Shown here: positions 27,189 through 35,900 of the stretch, piece after piece | Numbering within the stretch: position 1 is the stretch's first letter | Layout of the letters: the number at the start of each line of letters is the position of its first letter | Virus record (IMG/VR): IMGVR_UViG_3300021376_000041 | Location: 6,914-70,913 of that record | Length of the DNA: 64,000 nt | Reading direction: 5' to 3' (one strand) | Origin: a virus | The notes under the pieces: generated by a model | The model's database searches: none | What the model saw: only the letters and a program-made list of their open reading frames with translations | What the model was told of the DNA's origin: nothing | Program-made: the position numbers and the translations under genes

Positions 27189-28085
27189 GTGAAATGCTTG
27201 GTAACTGGCGGTGCTGGTTTTATTGGCTCTAATTTAGTAGATAGATTGTTACAGCTAGGACATGAAGTAATTGCAATAGATAACGAATCCTCAGAATCAC
27301 ATGAAAAATTTTATTGGAATAATAAATGCGAAAATCACAAACTAGATATTTGTCATTACGAGCAAATATCTAGTTTATTTAAAAACGTAGATTGGGTATT
27401 TCATTTAGCAGCAGAAGCTAGAATTCAACCAGCTATTTTAAATCCATTAAAAGCTATTAAAACAAATGTTTTAGGAACTTGCAATGTGTTGCAGGCTTCT
27501 AGAGAACATAAAATTAAAAGAGTAATTTATTCTTCTACTAGTTCTGCTTATGGTACAAAAAATATTCCACCGCTTGTTGAAACAATGCCAAAAGATTGCT
27601 TAAATCCATATTCTGTTTCAAAAACTTCAGGTGAAGAGCTGTGTTCAATGTATTACAAATTATTTGGTTTACAAACAGTGATATTTAGATATTTTAACGT
27701 TTACGGCGAAAGACAACCGACAAAAGGACAATACGCTCCAGTGATCGGTTTATTTTTAAAACAAAAAGAATTAGGAAAAAAAATGACTGTTGTAGGTGAT
27801 GGTTTGCAAAAAAGAGATTTTACTCATATTAGTGATATAGTAAATGCTAATATATTAGCCGCATCTACTAATAATCTTGAAATATTTGGAGAAACATTTA
27901 ATATTGGAACAGGTATTAATTATAGTATATTAGAATTGGTTAAAATAATTGGTGGCGATTATGAGCATATACCAGCTAGAATGGGAGAAGCTAAAATAAC
28001 TTTAGCAAATATAAATAAAGCTAAAAATATGTTAAACTGGCAACCAAAAATTATATTAGAGGATTGGATAAATGCCAATAAATAG
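27189..28085 (+). CDS. NAD-dependent nucleotide-sugar epimerase/dehydratase
   Basis: VTGGAGFIGS, YSVSK, RYFNVYG, GDG.QKRDF. Confidence 0.92.
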   Translation: MKCLVTGGAGFIGSNLVDRLLQLGHEVIAIDNESSESHEKFYWNNKCENHKLDICHYEQISSLFKNVDWVFHLAAEARIQPAILNPLKAIKTNVLGTCNVLQASREHKIKRVIYSSTSSAYGTKNIPPLVETMPKDCLNPYSVSKTSGEELCSMYYKLFGLQTVIFRYFNVYGERQPTKGQYAPVIGLFLKQKELGKKMTVVGDGLQKRDFTHISDIVNANILAASTNNLEIFGETFNIGTGINYSILELVKIIGGDYEHIPARMGEAKITLANINKAKNMLNWQPKIILEDWINANK

Positions 28086-28908
28086 CATAGGAATAGTTGG
28101 TAATGGTTTCGTTGGTAATGCACTATACGTAAACTTTAAAGATAAATACAATACAAAAGTATATGACAGTCTACAAGAAAGATGCTTTAATACTTTAGAG
28201 GAAGTATTAGATTGTGATTATGTATTTGTGTGCTTGCCAACACCAATGAAATCAGCTGAAGGGGCAGAATGTAACTTAAGTATATTAAATAATTTTATTA
28301 ATAATATACCATTGAATAATAAGTCTCTTTTTATTATAAAGTCTACAGTTCCTATTGGAACTACTAAAAATTTTAAAAGTTTAAGACCAGATTTAAAAAT
28401 AGTACACAATCCAGAATTTTTAACTGCTGCAAACGCTGCTAATGATTTTAAAAATTCTTATAGAAATATAATAGGTGGAGAATTAGAAGATTGCAAATAC
28501 TTAGCACAATTATTATCTGATATGTTTCCTAATGCGACTAATCTATTAGTTTCCTCAGATGAATCAGAAATGATAAAATATTTTGCTAATACCTTTTTAG
28601 CTGTTAAAGTTGCTTATTTTAACATGATGTATGATTTATGTATTGATATTAATGCTAATTATGATAATATTGTACAAGGTGTGTGTAGCGACGAAAGAAT
28701 AGGTTATTCGCATTCTAAAGTTCCGGGGCCGGATGGTGATAGAGGTTTCGGCGGAACATGTTTTCCAAAAGATATTAATTCTTTAATCAAAACATATGAA
28801 CAACGTGGATTAAATTGTGATATTATTAAAGAAGTGTGGAAGCAAAATAAGAACATAAGAAAAAACTGGGATTGGGCTGTATCTAAATCGGCAGTTTTAG
28901 GAGAGTAA
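28072..28908 (+). CDS. UDP-glucose/GDP-mannose dehydrogenase family, short form lacking the C-terminal domain
   Basis: GNGFVG, CLPTP, IKSTVP, NPEFL, KYFANTFLA, GFGGTCFPKD. Confidence 0.88.
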   Translation: MPINSIGIVGNGFVGNALYVNFKDKYNTKVYDSLQERCFNTLEEVLDCDYVFVCLPTPMKSAEGAECNLSILNNFINNIPLNNKSLFIIKSTVPIGTTKNFKSLRPDLKIVHNPEFLTAANAANDFKNSYRNIIGGELEDCKYLAQLLSDMFPNATNLLVSSDESEMIKYFANTFLAVKVAYFNMMYDLCIDINANYDNIVQGVCSDERIGYSHSKVPGPDGDRGFGGTCFPKDINSLIKTYEQRGLNCDIIKEVWKQNKNIRKNWDWAVSKSAVLGE

Positions 28909-28910
28909 AT

Positions 28911-29087
28911 ATGAAAATGTCTAACCAAATGCTATCTGCAATTATGATTTCATTACAAAAGAGCCTCATGGAACAAACAGATATAGTTCCACTACTAAAA
29001 GGTTTTGAAATGGAACTAGAAGGTGAAGAGTTAGTAGTTAAAAATCCTCCTAATAGCATTTCCGCTAAACCATTAACTGGTGAATAA
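28911..29087 (+). CDS. small hypothetical protein (not in ORF track)
   Basis: 58 aa MKMSNQMLSAIMISLQKSLMEQTDIVPLLKGF...VKNPP; AGGAG RBS. Confidence 0.7.
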   Translation: MKMSNQMLSAIMISLQKSLMEQTDIVPLLKGFEMELEGEELVVKNPPNSISAKPLTGE

Positions 29088-29088
29088 T

Positions 29089-29343
29089 ATGCCAACCTAT
29101 ATTTATAAGTGTGATAAATGCGAAAATACCTTTAAAGCATTTCACGGTATGAACGATACACTTACTGAATGCTTAGACTGTCATGAAACAGGGTGTATAA
29201 ATAAAATTCCTTCATTACTAACTTCATTACCGGAACGTAATAGAGATATAACGGCGGCTGGCACTCGCGTTAAAGAGGCTATAGAAGATAATAGACAGCT
29301 ACTTTTAGATCAAAAGCAGCAATTATTAGCTAAAAAAATATAA
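29089..29343 (+). CDS. FmdB-family zinc-ribbon protein
   Basis: MPTYIYKCDKC...CLDC. Confidence 0.8.
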   Translation: MPTYIYKCDKCENTFKAFHGMNDTLTECLDCHETGCINKIPSLLTSLPERNRDITAAGTRVKEAIEDNRQLLLDQKQQLLAKKI

Positions 29344-29344
29344 T

Positions 29345-29701
29345 ATGACCTTTTTACTAAGCTTATTATTAGTCGCATCCCTAGCTGGAAATGTAGTATT
29401 GATATGGTATACCCGTAAATTAGTACAAAATCTTTATTACGGCGTTAAAAATGTTGATGAAATGCAAAAATTACTTAGTGAATATGCTTCGCTATTAGAA
29501 CCATTATTAACTATGGAAAATTATTATGGCGATCCTGCTATAACTTCTGCCATTGCCAACACTAAGCTAGTTGTTGATGCTTGCAAGGCATATAAAAATT
29601 CAATTATAGAAAGCCAAGATGAAGAAAATAAAGAAAACGAAGAAGACAAAGGCAATCAAGTCAAAAGCACAACCCAAAACCAAGCGCAAACACCCGCCTA
29701 A
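29345..29701 (+). CDS. membrane-anchored hypothetical protein
   Basis: N-terminal TM helix; coiled-coil region; acidic tail. Confidence 0.7.
   Translation: MTFLLSLLLVASLAGNVVLIWYTRKLVQNLYYGVKNVDEMQKLLSEYASLLEPLLTMENYYGDPAITSAIANTKLVVDACKAYKNSIIESQDEENKENEEDKGNQVKSTTQNQAQTPA
29481..29513 (+). repeat. 33-bp exact repeat, copy 1 (copy 2 at 37687-37719)
   Basis: AATATGCTTCGCTATTAGAACCATTATTAACTA at both sites. Confidence 0.9.
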
Positions 29702-30500
29702 ACCTTCTAAAAAGACTTATAAACCACGTAAAGCTAAGAAACAAGTAAAGACAGCTATTGTCGTTGCAAAACCCGCTATAGCCCCTTCTGAGCCCAAGCA
29801 AGAAAAAGGGCAATATTTTACCAAGGTTCATGAAGACGCCATATTAGCTTATGCGTCAAGCACTGACAATAATCGTAAAACAGAATTATATATGACCCTT
29901 ATCCAACCAGTATTTAATGAGATGGTTGAAAAGATAGTTTATACCTATAAATTCAATAGTTTACCAAACATAGATGATCTTAAAAATGAATGCAAGATCT
30001 TTTTAACTACTATATTAGATAAATATGATACCTCTCGGGGTTCAAAGGCATTTTCCTATTTTTCAGTAATTACTAAAAACTGGTTTATACACAAAGTAAA
30101 GAAAAATAATAATAAAAAAGAAGTATACATAGAAGATATTAAAGATTCACCACAAGAAGAGGAATTAGTATACGAAGAAAGTTATTTATCAAATCGAGAA
30201 AAGGAAGAATTTTGGTCTGCTTTAGATATAGAGATGAATGGTTGGTTTGATAAACGGTTAAAAGAAAATGAAATAAAAGTTTATAAAGCGATAATAATGC
30301 TTTTTAAAGAATGTGACTCTATAGAAATTTTTAATAAAAAGGCTATTTATTTATATATGAGAGAAATAACCGGTTTAAATACTAAACAGGTTGTTAACAA
30401 TCTAAAGAAGTTTCGTAATAAATATGACCAATTTAGAGAAAATTGGGAAAATGGAAAAGTTACCCACGTTAATATAGAGGCACAAGCATATGAGCAATAA
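29619..30500 (+). CDS. phage RNA polymerase sigma factor (late, gp55-like) with Lys-rich N-terminus
   Basis: YFT...MVEKIVYTYKF...LDKYD..RGSKAFSYFSVITKNWF region 2-like motif; C-terminal HTH. Confidence 0.8.
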   Translation: MKKIKKTKKTKAIKSKAQPKTKRKHPPKPSKKTYKPRKAKKQVKTAIVVAKPAIAPSEPKQEKGQYFTKVHEDAILAYASSTDNNRKTELYMTLIQPVFNEMVEKIVYTYKFNSLPNIDDLKNECKIFLTTILDKYDTSRGSKAFSYFSVITKNWFIHKVKKNNNKKEVYIEDIKDSPQEEELVYEESYLSNREKEEFWSALDIEMNGWFDKRLKENEIKVYKAIIMLFKECDSIEIFNKKAIYLYMREITGLNTKQVVNNLKKFRNKYDQFRENWENGKVTHVNIEAQAYEQ

Positions 30501-30786
30501 AACATTAGAAGACTATATTGCTGAAACCACCGTCAACATACAAAATGATAGAGCATTAGCCAGTAAATTGCTTATTGATTTGATGGAACAGATGGAAAAA
30601 CAAAAAGAAGAAAAATATACACACAAGAACTTTGGTGAAATAGCTGCTATGTATCTTGAAACACTACAACGATCTAATGAGCAATTAGTTAAATTAGCTG
30701 CCATTGTTCAACGCCAAGAAGGCGGTAAAGATGGCATGTCTAAAAAAGAAAAGGATAATCTTTTTGATTTAATCCGTGAGGGATAA
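30490..30786 (+). CDS. helical hypothetical protein
   Basis: 98 aa; YLETLQRSNEQLVKLA. Confidence 0.7.
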   Translation: MSNKTLEDYIAETTVNIQNDRALASKLLIDLMEQMEKQKEEKYTHKNFGEIAAMYLETLQRSNEQLVKLAAIVQRQEGGKDGMSKKEKDNLFDLIREG

Positions 30787-30790
30787 ATAA

Positions 30791-32002
30791 TTGTCTGCTG
30801 AAAGACCAACGAAAGTCAATCTCACATCTTTAGTATTTGATAGATTCAAGCCAACGCTAGATCTTAAAAATACCACTATTGAATCTTTATTGCGAAACGT
30901 TGCTGTAGATTATTACAAACCTGACACTCTTAAAAATGTAACTTTTTTTTCTGGACGTATACTAAGAAAAGTTGATGATCCAAAAAAGTTCGATCCGTCG
31001 CCATTTAACGAAATAAATAGCACATCAGACACAAATATTTCTAGATATAAAGTTTGGGTTCATGATTTATGTATTGTCAACGATCCAAGTGAAAATACCA
31101 ATGTTAATAATCAAGGAAGTATTGTAGAAAATATTTATCCTTCCGATGACACAGAATACGGCAGATCTCTAATAAGCTGTTTGCAAGATTATATTGTAAC
31201 CGACTCAGAATTAAATTCGCCATGTGTCGGTGATGATGTCGTAGTTACCTACAGAGATCTAACAAATTTTAAACATGGCATTATTACAGAAATACAAAAT
31301 AAAACTTCAAATGGTGAAAATACAATAAATCCAAATGCTGCTGGTGGTGTTCCCGTGAGCGGGAGTAACAAACCATCCGCTGCTTTTGCTACTGCTACAC
31401 CCGCTGCAAATATTGAAGAATCTAATAATGATGAAGAAATAGAATTATATAATCAAAATGGTAAAGTATATAAAAAAGTAAAAGCTAGAAAAGTTCCTTC
31501 TACTGATGGATCTAAGCAATTATTAATTGTACAAATGGCAGAAGATTTTAAAAAAATGGCTTTAGATGCTAAAGCAGACGGAATAAACTTGACTGCCAAT
31601 TCTGCTTATAGGAATATTGATCAACAAATAGAAATATTTGACAAAAGATGGACAATAAAATATGCCGAAGGAAGGCCAAAAATATTACCTAAAGATAAAG
31701 GTGGGCAAAACGAATTAAATTCTGTAGGAAAAACAAGCGGGACGGCTGCTATTCCGGGGGGAAGTCCACACAATAGATCTGAAGCAGTAGATATTAGTAT
31801 AGGTGGTGGTCCTAACTTAATAGATAAATTTAATACTCCTAATTATAAATGGCTACAAAAAAATGCTTATAAATATGGTTTTTTCAATACCGGTTATAAA
31901 ATTAAAAAAACTCCTGAAGCATGGCATTGGTCGTACAAACCATCAGAAAAAGGTAATAAAAATGCTATTATAAATCCACCAAAAGAAAGGGAATCGGAAT
32001 AA
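30791..32002 (+). CDS. baseplate hub-associated protein with M15 (VanY-like) D-Ala-D-Ala peptidase domain
   Basis: NSAYR, GGSPH, AVDI, EAWHW zinc-ligand motifs; OB-like N-terminus; TTG start. Confidence 0.8.
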   Translation: MSAERPTKVNLTSLVFDRFKPTLDLKNTTIESLLRNVAVDYYKPDTLKNVTFFSGRILRKVDDPKKFDPSPFNEINSTSDTNISRYKVWVHDLCIVNDPSENTNVNNQGSIVENIYPSDDTEYGRSLISCLQDYIVTDSELNSPCVGDDVVVTYRDLTNFKHGIITEIQNKTSNGENTINPNAAGGVPVSGSNKPSAAFATATPAANIEESNNDEEIELYNQNGKVYKKVKARKVPSTDGSKQLLIVQMAEDFKKMALDAKADGINLTANSAYRNIDQQIEIFDKRWTIKYAEGRPKILPKDKGGQNELNSVGKTSGTAAIPGGSPHNRSEAVDISIGGGPNLIDKFNTPNYKWLQKNAYKYGFFNTGYKIKKTPEAWHWSYKPSEKGNKNAIINPPKERESE

Positions 32003-32005
32003 ATT

Positions 32006-32908
32006 ATGGGTAGTCCTAACGATGTCACAGAGCGTCCTGCTGCGATAGATCCTGTAAAACCAAATTCAGAAAATGGATTTAATAATAATCAACTATATGA
32101 GCCTTCTAACACATTAGTATTTAATAATTCTACAGCTGAAAAAGTATTTTCTGGTAGAAATAATACATGGATTGTCTTAGGTAGAGATAGAAATGGCCCC
32201 TTAAATAGTGGCTTTGGAGGAAAAGGACATAGTAAGTCTGGTGCGATTGATATAGTAGTAGGTCGGTTATCGGCTGTTGATGCTAAAAGTTTAAAAGATA
32301 AAAAAGTAAATCCATCTTTTACGGCAGATGCTGCAAGAATATATATTTCTCAAAAATGTCTTATAGATGAATATTTTATGATCGGTAACATGTCTAATGC
32401 AAAAACTAGTCCGAGTTCAGCCATAGGTATAAAAGCTGACAATGTTAGAATTATTGGTAGAAATAGTATTAAACTTGTTACTAGAACTGATAGCTTAATG
32501 TCTAATAATAATCCGCCCTACGATATGATGGGTATACAGTTAATAGCTAATAATGATGAAGCTTCTTTGCAGCCGATGGTTCTTGGTACTAATTTAGTTA
32601 ATGCTCTCGGTAAATTAACAGATGAAATGGCAACTATAATTGGACATTTGCAAAAGTTCGTAAATATTCAGGTACAATTTAATGATTCTTTGGCAAATCA
32701 CACGCATTTATCACCATTTTATGGTCAAAAAACATCTTTTGATCCAAACGTAATAATAGAAGCAAAAAAAGCATATATGAAAGTATTTACTACTGTTGCG
32801 CAGGAACTATTAAGTTCAACTAATAATTTAATAAGCTGGCAATCAAAATATTTAATTTGCGGCAATAAAGGCAATTATATAAACAGTATGTATAATTTTA
32901 CTAATTAA
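32006..32908 (+). CDS. baseplate spike protein (gp5/gpV-like beta-helix)
   Basis: IVLGRDR, IDIVVGR, DAARIYISQK, IGIKADNVRIIGR; C-terminal HTH (His-x-His) tip motif. Confidence 0.7.
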   Translation: MGSPNDVTERPAAIDPVKPNSENGFNNNQLYEPSNTLVFNNSTAEKVFSGRNNTWIVLGRDRNGPLNSGFGGKGHSKSGAIDIVVGRLSAVDAKSLKDKKVNPSFTADAARIYISQKCLIDEYFMIGNMSNAKTSPSSAIGIKADNVRIIGRNSIKLVTRTDSLMSNNNPPYDMMGIQLIANNDEASLQPMVLGTNLVNALGKLTDEMATIIGHLQKFVNIQVQFNDSLANHTHLSPFYGQKTSFDPNVIIEAKKAYMKVFTTVAQELLSSTNNLISWQSKYLICGNKGNYINSMYNFTN

Positions 32909-32915
32909 GGATTAT

Positions 32916-35900
32916 ATGAGTAATTTTGAAGAAGTGAAATATCCACCAACCCCAAATTATGAAACACACTTCTTAAACAAAGAATCAGTTTATTTAGATG
33001 TGTCAAGAGAAGAATTGCTTCTTTCATCTAGTTTTAGCGTTAATACCACCAACAAAGCACCACAGAATACCAAAGTCACAATAATAGAAGAGGGTTTGGG
33101 TGTTAACGCACTTTGGAATTATGTAAAATATAATAACAAAAGTGTATATTTTTTAAGAGAAAATTTAACACCATTAAATGGCATAAAACAATCGATGCCA
33201 TTAGCTATAGATTCTGCATATCAACAAAATTTACAATCTCCAAAAATTGATTGGAGAGAACAAAAGCCAAATACAGTTTATTTAGACACATATAATGCTA
33301 AATTCTGTACTCATATAGAATTACCATATGAAAAAGTAAACGGTAAAGAGGATTTAAAAGAAAAAATTAAAGAAGGCTATTATAAAGGCGTTGCTTTAAT
33401 ATTAAAGGAAACTGCTAAACAATATGATATAGTTTATATTAATCAGCTAACTGATAGCTATTATAAATTTGCTGAAGCGGAAGAATATTTTTTTCCACTT
33501 AGGGAATGTTCTACATTACGAGTTTTAGTTACTATATCATCAAAATATTTAAATTCTGGATTTATAAATAATAATAAAGTAAATAAAAAAGGTATTTATG
33601 AAGAAAAAGAATTATTAGATCTTTTTAATTCACAGCTTTTTGATGAAGATACGTTTGGTTCTTCCGAAGGATCTGGACCCACTTCAGATCAAGACCAAAT
33701 TAGTATATATGAAACTTTAGAATATAATAATTATGATTTATTTTCTAGACATATTAGCGAAATAAAAAATATATTAATCCAAAATCAAGTTATTTATGCC
33801 ACTGGTCAATGGGATATAGTACCCGATGGTGTAAATTTAAACTTTTTAACTGAAATAGCAAATATAGAATTATTTTTTAATAAAATAAATAAATTTTTAG
33901 ATAGTAATATATCTAAGAAGCCAATTGATCAAGCTTTTAATATCAATAATCTTGTTAGTTCCATAGTTGGAGAGCCTTGGTCTGGTAATTTAAAATTTAT
34001 ATTAAACAAAAACGACACTAAAATAGTTGATATACAATTTTTTGATAATTTTAATAATAAAATTCCTTTAAATATTGGCTATTATTCTATTTTGCAAGAT
34101 GAAACAATATTAAATAAAACAACAATTAATTATTTAAAAAAAATTAAAAAACCAACCACTTTAGATGATATTTTACTTGGCATAAGTGGCAGCATTATGC
34201 CTTCTTTGCAAAGTGCTGCTTCCAGTTTAACGCTAGCAGTTACAAATCCAGAACAGGCATTAAAGAATTTAGCTGCCGACATACAAAATGCTCCTGAAAA
34301 TATAGCGAATAATTTAGCCAACGCAGCAGATAATGTAAGTTCTGGTATTGACAATGCAGCACAAAATATTCAACAACTAATACCAGATGAAATTTTAAAA
34401 AAGTTTTTAATTAATTATCACGAACCATCAATAACAGATATTATTAGAAGGCCGATAGATTTAGCACAGTGCGTGCAATCAAATTATAATTTATTAAAAG
34501 AAATAGAAAATAATATAAAACCAGCAGCTTTAAGACAATTTGAATCTCAAATACAAGAGTATCAAAAAAGAAAAAAAGAATTTGATGGTAGCACGTTTGA
34601 TAAAATATTATCTGGCGATATAAGTAAAACCTTTGATCCAAGATTAAGAAAATTATTTGGATTAGATCCAATAGATTTTTCTAATCCCATACGAGGATTA
34701 AATGAAATATTAGGAATTATCAATTTATTTGATATACAAAGATGGCTATTGGAATCATTAAAGTGCGGTACTCTTGATTTTGACCCACAACAATTTAATA
34801 AATTGTTAGAACAATATGGTAATGTAAAAAAAGCTCTAGATGCGTTAGCTGTAATCTCTGTATGTAATCCAAATTTTACTAATGTTTTAAAATTATATAC
34901 TTCTTTTACGCTGCCTTTATTACCTACTACTAATCCTAATCGCTCTTTAATTGAACAGCTTATAAAATTAGTTGTTCAAGTAACAAATGATATTGTTGTT
35001 TTGACTATTAGACAGTTATTAACAAATTCATTTAAAAATTGCGCAGATGATAAGAGAAGAAATAATCTTCCTAATTCATTAAGCAATAACATAGATCCAA
35101 ACGCTGGCTTTAACGATCCTGCTATTGATGATTTATTAAATGATATATCAGGTGGCATATATGATGAAAATGGAGAGATCATTCCAGAAGCTAGAGATGC
35201 CGCTAAACAAAAATTGAAACAATTATTAGATGAGTTAAGTAATTGTTTATCTACTAGAGAATTGTGTGCATTATTGACTGGTAAAACAGTTAACGATTCT
35301 GTTATAGATGCGATAGTATCATTTATAAAAAGAAAATATAACAATCCAAACGGTATTACTAATTTAGCAAATAAATTTAATAATAGAGATTATATTATAA
35401 ATTTCTTTTTAGTCCTTGGTCGTAATCTTGGCGATGATTTATTAATTTGTGACGATATTTTAAATCAACCAGAAGATTTCAATAAGAATCCTCTTTGCGA
35501 TGATGGAACAATAAATAATCTACGTAAAAAATTATTGGGCGATAAAGGATTAACTCCTGATTTAATAGATGATTTATTAAAAGATATAAATGATAAAAAA
35601 GCTAAAAATCTTGATGATTTACTTAAGTTTTTAGATTCAGACGATCCATTTAAGTATGATAATATACCATCAGTATTATGCAAAGATGGTATACCTCCCG
35701 CAATTAAAGTATCTCCGTCTATAGATAGTTTTAAGGGTTTGTTAAATGCTCTTTTTAGAGATGTATATGACAACTTTGATAGAGAATCAACTGAATGGTA
35801 TAAAACCACTTATTCTACTAAGGGTGGTCCTAAAACAATGTCTTTTGATGAAAGCGGCAAGCTAGTATTTGATACTAGTTCCGCTGGTGAAGCTACTGAT

